Of a stretch of 62,942 bases of DNA, positions 16,282 through 27,712 are shown piece after piece. Position 1 is the stretch's first letter, and every line of letters begins with the position of its first letter. This DNA is from a virus (Duplodnaviria > Caudoviricetes): positions 1-62,942 of the IMG/VR virus record IMGVR_UViG_3300009152_000050, one strand, 5' to 3'. A program made the position numbers and the translations under genes. A model generated the notes under the pieces. That model did no database searches and was not told where the DNA came from. It saw only the letters and a list, made by a program, of their open reading frames with translations.

Positions 16282-19200
16282 TTAAAGTGATGTAATTATC
16301 TCCCATACTGCGCCTGTATAAATACATAATTTGTGTAGAGTTAAATCATACACAACCAAACCCTCCGCTGGTGTTGCAATAGCATTCTTCTGCGTTGTTG
16401 TCATACGTGGAGGAAGGAAGCCTTGTGTAGTGCTTTCTACTGTTAGTTTTGATGAGGTTACGTCTGTTGAAGTACCTACTAATACATTACCCGTACCGTT
16501 AAAAATCACCTTACCAACTGTTGTTTCTATTGCTCTAAAGTCTGCTGCTGCTGTAAGTGTAGGAGCAACATATAATCCTCTTGTTATTCCAGACGCTGTA
16601 CCTGTTTGGTTAAAGGTATTATTAATAGCAATGCCATTGAAAGCACCTGTTCCTGTTGTGGGAGCGTATGTGTCTAATGTGTTAATTGACCCCGATAACC
16701 CTCCTGTGGTTGAGTAAGAAGTTGAACTATTCGTAAATAATGAATAAGCCTGATTATTACTTCCTAACCCAGCAATAACTATACTTGTATTACTATTGCC
16801 CCCTGAAATATGAGCAGGACTACCACCTGAGCCAAATTGCAAAGAACCGCCCAACCCTGTACCTGCTGTAATCCTAACATTACCATCTTTTCTTACTCTG
16901 AAAATAGAGTTAGTGCCTACCAATAAGTCCATCAAATTACTACTTGCCCCACTTGCAGTATTAGTTACATTCAATTTTATCCCTGTAACATTCCCTGTTG
17001 TGTTCCATGTTTGCGATAAGTCCACTACACCTACTGCTGAACTTCCTGTTTGTGTTGTACCTGTACCTGATAGAAGCCCTGTGAAGGTTGGAGAGGCTGA
17101 TTGCAAGTCATTAACCCATGCACCACCTAAGTAAGTATCATTTGTATTTGTGGTTGTGTTGTAAACTGTTAGTCCTGTTGCTGGGGTAGCTATGGCATCA
17201 CGTTGTGTTGTTGTCATACGGGGGAGTAGAACGCCTTTGGTGGTCGATACTATATCCAATTTTGCGGAGGTATTATAAGTATCAGAATAAGTCCCTATAA
17301 TTACATTACCATTGCTTTTAATTCCGGCTAAGTAAGTTCCACTTCTGTCCCATATTCCATTATCTGCATACGTGCCGGCAGATCCTATAATAGTTAGTCC
17401 AAATGCCCCAGTCTGTAATGACGCTTGCGGATTTCCTGATCCACCTATTTGAACGCCATTAAATTTTCCAGAAAAAGAACTTATTAAACTTGAATTTAAG
17501 ACAGTTACACCATCATTCCTTATACCAAAATAATAACCTCCAGTATGGTCAAACATTGCAATATCAAGCTGTCCACTCCCTGCGTTACCTCCAACCATAT
17601 TTAGCCTGCTGGAAGATCCATATATTGATAATGGTTCGGCGCTGTTTACCCCTGTTTTAAAAACTAAGGCTCCGTTTATTCTTGCCGCATAATTTTTAAC
17701 CCCTGAAAATGCTCCATTGGTAAATGTTGGGTTAATATCTATGCCGACCAATGTGTCATTATTAGCTGTAGCTGTCATTATGGATGCTACATATAAACCT
17801 TTTGCTATTGCAAAAGATGGGGTGACCGATGGTGTGTAAGTAAAACTAGAACTTGCTCCAAACGCTCCCGCATTATTATATTGGATTTCCATTGTAGAAC
17901 CTGCTGGTGACCCACCCGCATAACTCGGTATATTCAATGCCCCTGTACCCTGATTAAAAGTTGCTGCCCCGCTTGTGCCTGTAGTGGTAAGGGTAACTAA
18001 GTTTTGTTTCAACGCCAATGCAGCGTTATTAACCACCTGTATTGAATCTGCCACCTTAGTTAATCTTCCCCTACTTGCAAATCCTGTGGTTGCTACTGAA
18101 TCGGATTTGTTTAACTTTAAGTTCGTAATGCTATCTGAATATACTTTTTGAATGTAGGATAAATTATCATAGTTAGCGGAGAAATTTTGATTTGAGTTAA
18201 TCCCTTTATTTAATGCATTCTCCCCTGAAACTACAATACCTGTTGAACCTATACTTAAATTTGAATTATTTAATGAACCACCATTAAAAGCAAGTCCTCC
18301 GGGATAAGTTGAATATTCACTCTTCCTAAAAGAAAGTTCATCGTTAAAAGGATTAACACTTATTTCGGCAGTAAAACCTCCATTATCAATTTCAATATCC
18401 CCTGTAACTGGCTTGCCTACTCTTGTTCCCGAAAGTGGAATCATCAAAGCAAGGCTATCCGACAACTCACTCCTCACACTATCAGCCTTTCTATCTACAT
18501 ATACTTTTTGGATGTATGTAAAGGGGGTATAATTAGGGGAATAATCTATTGTTCCTTTTATACCATACGAGCCTAGAGGCCCTTCTGCAATTTCAATCCC
18601 GCCCCTACTTGTACCCGAATTAAGGACTATACCTATATTATTAGATGCAGATAAAGCGACTGATGAATCGTCTAAATAAATATAATTGTTATAATCAGCA
18701 TCCCGTATAGCCACACCATAATCGCTTGTGAATACCAAATCCCCCGTTATCTTCTTATCAGGTCTTGTTCCCGCAAGTGGAATCATAAGCGCAAGGCTAT
18801 CTGATAGGGTGGTGGAATCAATGCCTCCACTTCCTATACTATCTTTTGCCGCATATCTTGTACCGTCTGATAATAAAAGTATAGTACTATCTCTCCCTGC
18901 ATTTTTACTATAACTAACTACATAAGGAGAAGTGCTGCCTCCCGCTTTATACCAAAAAGTATTGATACCATTTTTTACTTTATATAGGCTATCGTTACTT
19001 GCATAAACATCGGTTAGGTAGTTAGTGCTTCCTGTTGTTACGCCTCCATTAAGTGTCATGTAGTCAATATAAAATCCATTTGCATTAGTACCTGTTGCTG
19101 TAAACCTTACTCCGTCTATTGTACTTGGAAATGATGTACTTGCAAAATCAGTAAATGGTATAGATATATTTTGATATACCCCTGTTAACGATTTATTCAA

Positions 19201-20136
19201 TCCTTGCAATGAACTTAATAGCAATGGTGAGGTAACTGATACACCGCCACTTCTAAGGGTAACATAAATATTTGCAGTAGTAGCTAATGTGCTTTTTAGC
19301 CTTATAAAAAACTTTAAAGTGTTATAGGTAGTCGTAGAATAAGCAGTACCCGAATAGGTAATGCCTAATCTTGCCCCTGTTGTATTCCATGCGCCTATAT
19401 CTGTTGCCTTTACTCCTACGTATGGATTAAGAGTATTATCAAAGTTAGTTACTGCGCCTGTATATGCACCTGTATATTCTGGACTTCCAATATTCTCGTT
19501 CCATAGCACTACACTACTTACTCCTGATGGTGTTGTTGCTCCTGCACCTACTAAAACATTCGTAAGGTATAATTGACTTGATGGGTCAACTTGTGGTACT
19601 GCGGGGTCTGCTGCGGGTGTTCCTGTTAGTTTAAATATCTGCCCTAATGTATCTACCCCTATAACGTCTATTCTTGGTAGTGAAGGGTCTGCTGCGTCTA
19701 AGGTAATTGTTCCTGATGCTGAATTATAAGTATTGTTAGTTATGCAATAGATTGCTGCACTTACATCAAACTCTAATAAGCTATTCCATGTTACCACACC
19801 ACCACTTAATAATCCTGCACAAGTATTTGTACTACTTCCTGTACCATTACCTACAAATAACCACCTTGTAGCACTTATATTTCTTATCCATAAGGCATTA
19901 TCACTTGTAGTAAATATTTGAGAACCTGCGTAATACTTTAAATACGAATTAAGGTTAGCACTTGCCGTATCTGCGAATCTTGCATTTACAAAACCACTAT
20001 CGGCTTTTAATATACCTCTCGTTACTAATAAGTTATTAGCATTACCCTGCCATTGGGTATTTTGTGTAGGGTCTGTCTGCCCCATAGTTACAAATGAAAA
20101 TGCCATAAGGCATATCAGTAATAGTATTTTGTTCAT
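16282..20136 (-). CDS. Tail-fibre/adhesin-like protein with N-terminal signal peptide
   Basis: G/S/T-rich; two STT.G.L.PRMTTTQ..AIATPA.GL.VY repeats; two LSDSLALMIPL.GTR repeats. Confidence 0.7.
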   Translation of the reverse strand: MNKILLLICLMAFSFVTMGQTDPTQNTQWQGNANNLLVTRGILKADSGFVNARFADTASANLNSYLKYYAGSQIFTTSDNALWIRNISATRWLFVGNGTGSSTNTCAGLLSGGVVTWNSLLEFDVSAAIYCITNNTYNSASGTITLDAADPSLPRIDVIGVDTLGQIFKLTGTPAADPAVPQVDPSSQLYLTNVLVGAGATTPSGVSSVVLWNENIGSPEYTGAYTGAVTNFDNTLNPYVGVKATDIGAWNTTGARLGITYSGTAYSTTTYNTLKFFIRLKSTLATTANIYVTLRSGGVSVTSPLLLSSLQGLNKSLTGVYQNISIPFTDFASTSFPSTIDGVRFTATGTNANGFYIDYMTLNGGVTTGSTNYLTDVYASNDSLYKVKNGINTFWYKAGGSTSPYVVSYSKNAGRDSTILLLSDGTRYAAKDSIGSGGIDSTTLSDSLALMIPLAGTRPDKKITGDLVFTSDYGVAIRDADYNNYIYLDDSSVALSASNNIGIVLNSGTSRGGIEIAEGPLGSYGIKGTIDYSPNYTPFTYIQKVYVDRKADSVRSELSDSLALMIPLSGTRVGKPVTGDIEIDNGGFTAEISVNPFNDELSFRKSEYSTYPGGLAFNGGSLNNSNLSIGSTGIVVSGENALNKGINSNQNFSANYDNLSYIQKVYSDSITNLKLNKSDSVATTGFASRGRLTKVADSIQVVNNAALALKQNLVTLTTTGTSGAATFNQGTGALNIPSYAGGSPAGSTMEIQYNNAGAFGASSSFTYTPSVTPSFAIAKGLYVASIMTATANNDTLVGIDINPTFTNGAFSGVKNYAARINGALVFKTGVNSAEPLSIYGSSSRLNMVGGNAGSGQLDIAMFDHTGGYYFGIRNDGVTVLNSSLISSFSGKFNGVQIGGSGNPQASLQTGAFGLTIIGSAGTYADNGIWDRSGTYLAGIKSNGNVIIGTYSDTYNTSAKLDIVSTTKGVLLPRMTTTQRDAIATPATGLTVYNTTTNTNDTYLGGAWVNDLQSASPTFTGLLSGTGTTQTGSSAVGVVDLSQTWNTTGNVTGIKLNVTNTASGASSNLMDLLVGTNSIFRVRKDGNVRITAGTGLGGSLQFGSGGSPAHISGGNSNTSIVIAGLGSNNQAYSLFTNSSTSYSTTGGLSGSINTLDTYAPTTGTGAFNGIAINNTFNQTGTASGITRGLYVAPTLTAAADFRAIETTVGKVIFNGTGNVLVGTSTDVTSSKLTVESTTQGFLPPRMTTTQKNAIATPAEGLVVYDLTLHKLCIYTGAVWEIITSL

Positions 20137-20145
20137 AATTATCTT

Positions 20146-20691
20146 TTAAATTAATCTAAGAAAAGGAACTATAATAGTTTCCCCTGTGCTAAATGTATTT
20201 GTCCTTGTCATAGTACCCGACCCTGTATCAAATGTTACTTGTCCTTCTGATACTGTTTCTGTAACCCCTCCTGCTAATATATATACAAATTGTAACCCAC
20301 CAATAAACTGATTAAACTGAAATGTATTCTCTCCGTTAGTAGGTTGTCCTGTTGTTGGTGTTGCTGTTACTATAAAAGATAGTGCTGTGTAAACATATCC
20401 ACTTGGAGATATTGGAGATACAGAACCACCGCCACCGCCAGTTATAATTGCCAATGCCTTCAACCCTTCACCACCGCATAATTCCATTAGGTAATTACTT
20501 GTTCCTAATAAGGTTGTATCTGCACTATCATACTCATTCTGCCACCTTATAGCATCTGTTTCCATTGCTAACATTTGTGGTAGTCTTGGGTCTAATTTAG
20601 CACCAAATAACCCACTCTTTAATACTTTTGAAAGTGCTAAATAAGTAGATACATCACCTATTTGTATTTTATCTTCGGTAGTTAATGCCAT
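20146..20691 (-). CDS. Virion/tail structural protein
   Basis: Beta-rich, in the structural block. Confidence 0.55.
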   Translation of the reverse strand: MALTTEDKIQIGDVSTYLALSKVLKSGLFGAKLDPRLPQMLAMETDAIRWQNEYDSADTTLLGTSNYLMELCGGEGLKALAIITGGGGGSVSPISPSGYVYTALSFIVTATPTTGQPTNGENTFQFNQFIGGLQFVYILAGGVTETVSEGQVTFDTGSGTMTRTNTFSTGETIIVPFLRLI

Positions 20692-21209
20692 TAGAAAAAT
20701 AAGTTTTCATTATCTGTTAAATAAGTTGCTGAATCTATTGCTAATTGACTGTTACCTATATCCCCACCTATGCTTACTGCATTTTCAGCACTTATGATAT
20801 TAGTCCATAACTTAGCCTTATTATCATAGTAGTTCTTATCTTGTGTTACCCCCAAATTAGCTGCTTGAAATTGTGTAAGTGAGTAGTAAAAAGTCTTATT
20901 GTAAAGCGAAAATAATGTTAGTACTGTCTTAGTATATAAAACTGTACCCGATACATTTAACCAATCTACTCTTACATTTAAACAATAGTCCTTATCTAAG
21001 GCATCTATATCTATTGAAGCATCAGCGTAATCCCATGCTATATAGTTAGTAGTTGTTCCTGTTGGCACAAGATATGTACCATCATTTTTAATAAGATATA
21101 CCCTACGCTGCGTTACTAAAACATCACTACCTGTTGATGTATCTGTAACTGTTATTATACTTGGTAATCCTACTGTTTGAGAAGTAGTAAATAATGGAGT
21201 TAATGCCAT
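20691..21209 (-). CDS. Virion/tail structural protein
   Basis: Coupled to the next gene, in the structural block. Confidence 0.55.
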   Translation of the reverse strand: MALTPLFTTSQTVGLPSIITVTDTSTGSDVLVTQRRVYLIKNDGTYLVPTGTTTNYIAWDYADASIDIDALDKDYCLNVRVDWLNVSGTVLYTKTVLTLFSLYNKTFYYSLTQFQAANLGVTQDKNYYDNKAKLWTNIISAENAVSIGGDIGNSQLAIDSATYLTDNENLFF

Positions 21210-21225
21210 AGCTTTTATTTAATGT

Positions 21226-21233
21226 CAAATGTA
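21226..21233 (-). promoter_or_regulatory. Possible -7 promoter element
   Basis: TACATTTG 16 nt upstream of the ATG at 21209; no clear -33 box. Confidence 0.45.
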
Positions 21234-21286
21234 AAAATAAACCCCCACTTTTTAAGGTGAGGGAGTAGAAAGTTACTATAAGATTA

Positions 21287-24200
21287 TCAGTTTGTCATTA
21301 TCTGCATATATGGTGATATTTTAGGGATTTTAAATATCTGTTCAAACAAATCAGCCTTTGCATCAATAGTTGCCTGTGATGAAATACCTGACAACCACTT
21401 GTTCAATTCGGCAGAAGTAGCTTGGTCTGCTGTTTTTGGATTGAAAATATCTCCATCTACTATCATCTTTGTTTTCCCTGATATAAAATCTTCTATTTTA
21501 GATTTTATTTTTTTCCCTCTGGTTTTAGAAAATTCATAGTATTCATCTTCGGTAACGGGTCTATCTTCTCCTATTTTAGAATCAAATACCGTTAATGTAT
21601 TTTTATTTACAGGTGCTACCCATCCTTTTTTATCTAATAGGTACTTCCATACTGGGTCGGGGTTTTCTTTTGATTTCAATAAATCAACATCTTTTATAAC
21701 TTCATCCCCTAAAGAATTTATCCTATTATTTAAAAAATTTCGTGCAATAGGTATATCTTTTATTAATAATTGACCAAAGTTATTTGCCTCTTTTTGTGGT
21801 ATTCCAAACATCTGTTCTATCTTTTGTGCGCCTTGTGTATATAGATTAGGCATTAAGAAACTTTTAGCTGAATTTTTTATTGAGTTTGATAATATACTTG
21901 TTGCCTTATTACTATTATCGCTTGATATAGCTGCCATTATAGGTGCTGCTGATGAAACCCATGTCATATCAGTTATTAACTTCATGCTATTATACAATGT
22001 CAACCCTATTCTGTCTGTTAGTGTATCTTCATCTACGTCTTTATCGTATTCTTCGTGATCTCTAATACTTCCAATTACACCTAATCCAAATACCATTGGT
22101 GTTAGTTTATAGGAATAATAAGTATCTCCAATCTTAATACTAAATGGCTGCCATCCTTCTTCTATTAATTGTAGTTTTTTATCTATATTAGAAGGGCCAG
22201 CACCAGTTATTTGAATAATACCATTCTTAGATAACGCATAGGCTGTTGCCATAGTAGCTATACCTAAAGAAGCCTTTATTATTGTCTGCCTTCTTTCTTC
22301 TGGTGTCATTTCAATTCTTTTCCCTGATGCCTCTGATGCTAATAACCCTCTTTTCCCTACTGCACCCCTTACTAAGCCTATTGGACTAAAATCAAGTGAG
22401 TTATTTGCTACGTTTGTTATAATCCTCGTAAATGGCACTAAAAATCTTAAAGGCTTAGTACCTCCAACTTGTAAAGAATTGTCAAGGAATCCGCTTATAG
22501 CATCCGACAAAGCACCTAATGTACCTTCTGTATTATGGTTAAATGTTCCTTTTGCAGCAAATCCGTATGCCGCATCTGTCATTTCTTGTGGTCTTGACAT
22601 TTCCATTAACTCATAACGCCTTCTCATTGCAGCTATCCCCGTTAATTTCTCTTGCTTTATTTGTTCGTCTGCAATTTCTAATCTTTCTTTAGTATTAAAT
22701 AATAACTCATTTACTTTTTGATAAGTTTTCTTAGAAAGTGGGTTTTTAAGTCCGAGCATATTAGCTTCTTTATATGCTAATTGTGTTGCTCTCATTTCTT
22801 TTAACCCTTGAAATAAAAGTACATCTTCCGCTTTCATAGCCCTACCTACAAATTTAAACCAATTAGCAGGGTTTAATAATCCTCCCTTAAATCTTGTTCT
22901 TTCAAGAATATCAGGTATCTCAATTTTTGCAATATGGATAGGAGTTTCCCCTGTTACAAGTGTATGATACGCTTCTGATAATCCTTTAGTAAGTCCTTTG
23001 CTCATCCCTAACATTAAGAAGGGAACTGCTCTTGGATTACTAATAGCTTCAACTCCAGCAAAACTTAATGTATTATAAAAGGTAGATACAATATTTCTTA
23101 CATGAGTTGCATATCCTGATAATATATTAGCATACCAAACACCTTGCGCTACTTCCCCCCAATTAGTTCCTTTTAAATTTGCTCTGTATTTTAATAACTC
23201 TACTGTCGCATTTGTTTTAGGTGAACCTATTGGTGCTTCTTGTATTTTATTAGCTAATTCTATTATTTTTGCGGCCTCTGCTGGACTAACTTTGCCTATG
23301 CCTAACCTTTCTGCAATAACATCTAATAATTTGCCATTATCAAATGCCCCTAAATTAGAGAACTTAATTATTTCATCTTGAACTTGCCTTCTTTCTACTT
23401 TTGCTCCTGAAAGTTGCTTACTTTTTATTTTGTTTAATCTGCGTATTTCTCTATCTAATATATCCCCTTTTTTACGACTGGCTATATTATCAAATTCTGT
23501 TTGTATTTCTTTTGCTAATTGAGTAGCTTCTTCCTTTTCTAAACCTAATTTATCAATAAATTTATTTATCAAAGACTTTTTAGATTCTTCCTTTACTGTA
23601 TAATGTTCTTTTACTATTTTGTTTATTTCATTTTCAATATCTTTTACTCCCTTAGCTATTTTAACATCACCAGCTTTTAGTGCATGGGTTTGTGCTATAT
23701 CGTTTACATTTCTTATTACTTCATCATTAGGGGTTTTACCTGTTACTTCTTGTAAATGCTTTAATATTTTTTCTGCAATTATTTCAGCCCTCCCTATCCC
23801 CTCATCTAAATATGTTTTAGCCATATTACCAACAAATTCAATACCCTCCTTAGTTAAACCTATCCCAGCATATAAGTTTTTCCCTTTATCTGCTTGATAT
23901 TTTTTTAAAATATTGGCTCTTGCTTCTCTTGCTTTTGCAACTTTATCTTGTCCTTTTTTTGCTATTCTGCCATGTAATCTTTCTGCGGCTGATTTAGTTT
24001 TCCCTTTTTGAGTTATTTGTTCCGCTACAACATTATTAACCTCTTGTAAAGCATCACCTATTTTATCTACATCTTTTTTTATTTTAGTCTTAGCTTTATC
24101 CCCTTGCTTTTTCATATCTTTTACACTTGCTCTTAACTGCGCTTCGGGAGAAAGCCTTTCCCACATAGAAAATGCTTGTATTTGCTGCCCTGCATCAGTA

Positions 24201-27200
24201 GCTAATTTTTCTGTAACAAATGTTGCTGCTTCTATTGTTTTATCTAAATAATAATTCTTTGTAGCTTCATCAGGTGCGTTTTTAGCGTTGTCATTATATT
24301 TTTTAATAACAGCCTGCGCTATGGTAGCCCTAACTGCACCATTTACATTATTATTCCTATCCATTATTAAGCTAAAAGATTCATCAACACCTAACTTATT
24401 AATAGTTTCTTCTGCTTCCTTTGCAGACATAGCATTTGTCTGCTCTACATATTCTAATGTTTCTTTTACCTTTGCCTTAGATTCAGGACTTAAATCCTCT
24501 GTTTCAAGCATTTGCTTGGTAAATGCCCTTTCTTTCCCTTCTACCTTTGCTTCTTCCTCCATTTGCTTTAAAAGTTTTTCTCTTAAAGCATCTTCGGGTA
24601 GAGTTCCAAATTCTTTTGTGTTCCAGTTATCTTTAAAGTGTTTAATACCTGCTTCTACCGCCTCTTTTATATTTAAAGATGTAGCGTAAGTTGATTTTAT
24701 AACTTCGTTTGCTCCTGTTACTAAGTCTGCAATAGTTAAACCTTTTGTAGTAGCACCCCTTGTTGTCTTTGGGGTTAAGAAATCTATAAGGTCTTTAGCT
24801 GCCTTATCCGCTTTCTCATTAAACTCTTTTATCTTAATTTCTTTGGTTTTTAAAATGGCATTGGTAGTTTCTGCTGCTCCATCACCCATTGGTTCAGCAC
24901 CTTGTTGTACTCCTTCTTTAACTCCTTGTTCTTTGGGTTCTGTAATAGTCTTTGATATAGGTTCTGTAACTTCTGTTGTAGGTTCATTTATTTTTTCTTT
25001 TGGTTGTTCTTTTACTTCTACTACTCCCTCTTGTTTACCTTCTGTACCCTTTACTTCTTGGGTTTGTTCTTTAGATAGTAGGGATTGCTGAATTTTTTTT
25101 TGAATATCATTTAAGGATTCACCTTCTGCCACATTTATATCAATAACTTCTACATCAGGATTTTCTTTTTTAAAATCTTCAAGTGATTGTTTATTTCTAC
25201 GGCTATCCGAATTTTCAAAATCTCCAACTGTTACGTTTACGATTTTTTTAACACCTGCATCATTTACATCTTCATTAAAATTAGCCCAATCAGGAGTATG
25301 GTTTTTAATACGAATTACAGTATTCCCTTTACGTTTATACCCACTTGAACTTAATCCGTTAGCCTGTGTTAATTCAACTTCAAAATCCACAGCATTATCT
25401 TTCGACAAATCCATTTCTTTTAATGCAGGATTATTAACCACTCCACTTACTTGACTTTCTCCTTTGGGTAATTTATAAAATGTAACATCACTTTCTTGTC
25501 CAAATGATTCTGGGCTATAATCAGTACCATATCCTGCTTCTTCTAACTTCTTATTAAATTCTGTCTTATCATTAGCATCACCATATTTATCAACTATATC
25601 TTTTACATTTTGCGGTAATTCATCATACTCTATTACTTCTCCTTGTACCCTATCAGGTATAGTAGATACTACTTCTCCTTCTTTTATACCCGATATGGTA
25701 CTTACTTCTGTACTTAATTCTACTGGTTTAGATATTTCTTCTGCTGTACCTTCTATTATAGGAGGGGTAGGTTCTTTTAATGGTTCACCTGTTACTTCAT
25801 CAATTTCGTATTTTAATGGGTCGTTTGTTTTTGTAATATTTTCTATTTGCTTATTTAATGCCTCTATCTTTTGCTCGTATAGTGGACGCTGTGTTTCATC
25901 CTTAGTTTCCATTTCTGCAATAAGATTATCCTTTGCTTGTATAAGCCCTGCTACTGACGCTTTTGCTTCTGGTGTAAGCCCTTCGGCTGTTTTAGCTAAT
26001 GCCTCTTTATATCCATCAATGCTTTCTATTACTTGTTCAGTAGCACCTTTTGGTATATTACCTTGTTGTTCGTTTGCTGATAATACCTCTCTTATATTTT
26101 CAGTTGGAACATCTTTTAGCGCATTTTTATATGAAGATAATAAAGCCTTTGGCATTTTGACAGCACCCGTTACAGCACTTGTAATACCATGTAATATCAT
26201 TCCTACTGTTGCGTTTTCTTCAAAAGATTTTAAAGTGGCTGATGCTATATCTTCTGCCTTTGTATTATACCCCTCTATATTACCTTCTATTTGCTCTCCT
26301 GCTGTAACACCTGCGGTAGTAGCACCCATTTTAAGCCCCGCCTTAATAGTTCCTTTTGCAAAGTCTTTTATGATATTTTTACTTTCTGCTGTTATAGGGG
26401 CTTTCATTAATCCCCCGCTTCCTCTCATAAACACCATATTCTCTACTAAACCTCCAATTCCCCCTACAATAGTTCCCGATTCTTTTGCCTGTTTCATCAA
26501 GTCTAACTCATTAGCATTAGGGTTCTGCTGTTTTAGTATATTAAAACGTCTAAGGGTTTCATTCGTTGCCCCCTGATTCTGCATATCATATGCAGTCATA
26601 GCAAATGCTGTTACTGCCGGTAATCCTGCTAATGATGCCCCCGCTGTTTCTGGTGCTGCTGCTACCATTGCAGTACCAGCCATTGTTCCTATTGTAGCTT
26701 TTGCTAAAAATGGCCCTGCGCCTCCTAAAAAAGTACCTGCGCCTTGATCTCTTTCATCTAAGTATTCATCTGTTGGTCTTTCTGCTGCCTTTCTATTAGC
26801 AAACTCTACTTGCTGCTCGGTAGTCATGGTATTAGTAAAATCATCAGCTTCATCATTACCATTTACGGCTTCATTCCATCCTTTACTTACCCCTTCCCAA
26901 AAACCTATTGTTCTATCCAATCCTAATACTCCATCTTTACTATGATAAGTAGCATCGCCATTATCTACTAATTTCTGTATTTTTTGTCTTTGTTCATTAT
27001 ATAATGGAGTACCCTTTGGTGCTTTAATTCCCATTATTTTTAATTTCTTTTCGGTAGTATTATCTATGGCTATTTGTTCTTTCTCTTTTATCTTTTCGCC
27101 CCTTTTAATGCTTTCTTTTATTTCTATTTCTGTCAATGGTTTAGATACAGAAGTGCTTGCTGCGACATTGGATATATTTATTTTTTCAGGCTTATACTCC

Positions 27201-27709
27201 GATTTCCGCTTTCTTTTTGAGAAAGAAAGTGGGCTATTCATTTCAAATTCAGATTGCTCTACCCTTTTACCACCTCCCATAATAGGATTAGGCTGTTGTT
27301 GTTGTGTAGGGTATTGCCCAAAAGCACTTATATCATCTTTCATACCCCATGATATTCCTTCTGCTTTTACGCCTAACTTGGTTGATAAATTTGCATACTC
27401 GGACGCTTCACTTTGAGTTAATCCAGTTGTAATGTTGGCCTTATCCCATAATTCTGTAAAGCGTTTCTTTTCTGCGTAAGCCCCATTTTTAGGGATTGGT
27501 GCAATCGTAGGGAAATCTTCTTCACCAAAATCTACTTGGTCTTTATAAACAGGGTATTTAGCTATAATCTTATCAGTAAGTATTTTGTCATCAATATCTT
27601 TATAAACAGGATATTTTGCCTTTATTTTTTGCGCAAAATCCTTTACACTTACTTTTACAGGTGGTTCTTGTTGACCATTCTGTTCGTTATTTATTATATT
27701 ATCTTCCAT
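21287..27709 (-). CDS. Large internal virion/ejection protein (polyvalent-like)
   Basis: 2140 aa, helical; N-terminal AKYPVYKD repeat; C-terminal PFTR...GWQPFSIKIGDTYYSY. Confidence 0.7.
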   Translation of the reverse strand: MEDNIINNEQNGQQEPPVKVSVKDFAQKIKAKYPVYKDIDDKILTDKIIAKYPVYKDQVDFGEEDFPTIAPIPKNGAYAEKKRFTELWDKANITTGLTQSEASEYANLSTKLGVKAEGISWGMKDDISAFGQYPTQQQQPNPIMGGGKRVEQSEFEMNSPLSFSKRKRKSEYKPEKINISNVAASTSVSKPLTEIEIKESIKRGEKIKEKEQIAIDNTTEKKLKIMGIKAPKGTPLYNEQRQKIQKLVDNGDATYHSKDGVLGLDRTIGFWEGVSKGWNEAVNGNDEADDFTNTMTTEQQVEFANRKAAERPTDEYLDERDQGAGTFLGGAGPFLAKATIGTMAGTAMVAAAPETAGASLAGLPAVTAFAMTAYDMQNQGATNETLRRFNILKQQNPNANELDLMKQAKESGTIVGGIGGLVENMVFMRGSGGLMKAPITAESKNIIKDFAKGTIKAGLKMGATTAGVTAGEQIEGNIEGYNTKAEDIASATLKSFEENATVGMILHGITSAVTGAVKMPKALLSSYKNALKDVPTENIREVLSANEQQGNIPKGATEQVIESIDGYKEALAKTAEGLTPEAKASVAGLIQAKDNLIAEMETKDETQRPLYEQKIEALNKQIENITKTNDPLKYEIDEVTGEPLKEPTPPIIEGTAEEISKPVELSTEVSTISGIKEGEVVSTIPDRVQGEVIEYDELPQNVKDIVDKYGDANDKTEFNKKLEEAGYGTDYSPESFGQESDVTFYKLPKGESQVSGVVNNPALKEMDLSKDNAVDFEVELTQANGLSSSGYKRKGNTVIRIKNHTPDWANFNEDVNDAGVKKIVNVTVGDFENSDSRRNKQSLEDFKKENPDVEVIDINVAEGESLNDIQKKIQQSLLSKEQTQEVKGTEGKQEGVVEVKEQPKEKINEPTTEVTEPISKTITEPKEQGVKEGVQQGAEPMGDGAAETTNAILKTKEIKIKEFNEKADKAAKDLIDFLTPKTTRGATTKGLTIADLVTGANEVIKSTYATSLNIKEAVEAGIKHFKDNWNTKEFGTLPEDALREKLLKQMEEEAKVEGKERAFTKQMLETEDLSPESKAKVKETLEYVEQTNAMSAKEAEETINKLGVDESFSLIMDRNNNVNGAVRATIAQAVIKKYNDNAKNAPDEATKNYYLDKTIEAATFVTEKLATDAGQQIQAFSMWERLSPEAQLRASVKDMKKQGDKAKTKIKKDVDKIGDALQEVNNVVAEQITQKGKTKSAAERLHGRIAKKGQDKVAKAREARANILKKYQADKGKNLYAGIGLTKEGIEFVGNMAKTYLDEGIGRAEIIAEKILKHLQEVTGKTPNDEVIRNVNDIAQTHALKAGDVKIAKGVKDIENEINKIVKEHYTVKEESKKSLINKFIDKLGLEKEEATQLAKEIQTEFDNIASRKKGDILDREIRRLNKIKSKQLSGAKVERRQVQDEIIKFSNLGAFDNGKLLDVIAERLGIGKVSPAEAAKIIELANKIQEAPIGSPKTNATVELLKYRANLKGTNWGEVAQGVWYANILSGYATHVRNIVSTFYNTLSFAGVEAISNPRAVPFLMLGMSKGLTKGLSEAYHTLVTGETPIHIAKIEIPDILERTRFKGGLLNPANWFKFVGRAMKAEDVLLFQGLKEMRATQLAYKEANMLGLKNPLSKKTYQKVNELLFNTKERLEIADEQIKQEKLTGIAAMRRRYELMEMSRPQEMTDAAYGFAAKGTFNHNTEGTLGALSDAISGFLDNSLQVGGTKPLRFLVPFTRIITNVANNSLDFSPIGLVRGAVGKRGLLASEASGKRIEMTPEERRQTIIKASLGIATMATAYALSKNGIIQITGAGPSNIDKKLQLIEEGWQPFSIKIGDTYYSYKLTPMVFGLGVIGSIRDHEEYDKDVDEDTLTDRIGLTLYNSMKLITDMTWVSSAAPIMAAISSDNSNKATSILSNSIKNSAKSFLMPNLYTQGAQKIEQMFGIPQKEANNFGQLLIKDIPIARNFLNNRINSLGDEVIKDVDLLKSKENPDPVWKYLLDKKGWVAPVNKNTLTVFDSKIGEDRPVTEDEYYEFSKTRGKKIKSKIEDFISGKTKMIVDGDIFNPKTADQATSAELNKWLSGISSQATIDAKADLFEQIFKIPKISPYMQIMTN

Positions 27710-27712
27710 AAT

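Noticed and set aside
15518-19576. Plus-strand ORFs opposite the fibre region
   Set aside because: Antisense shadows without motifs
16282-20136. Diversity-generating retroelement
   Set aside because: No reverse transcriptase; internal repeats are protein-level modules, not adenine-specific TR/VR pairs
23619-27416. Long plus-strand ORFs (e.g. 25695-26576)
   Set aside because: Antisense shadows of the 2140-aa gene with S/F/I-biased composition
21287-27709. crAss-type virion RNA polymerase
   Set aside because: No DxDxD catalytic motif recognised, and the genome is smaller than typical Crassvirales
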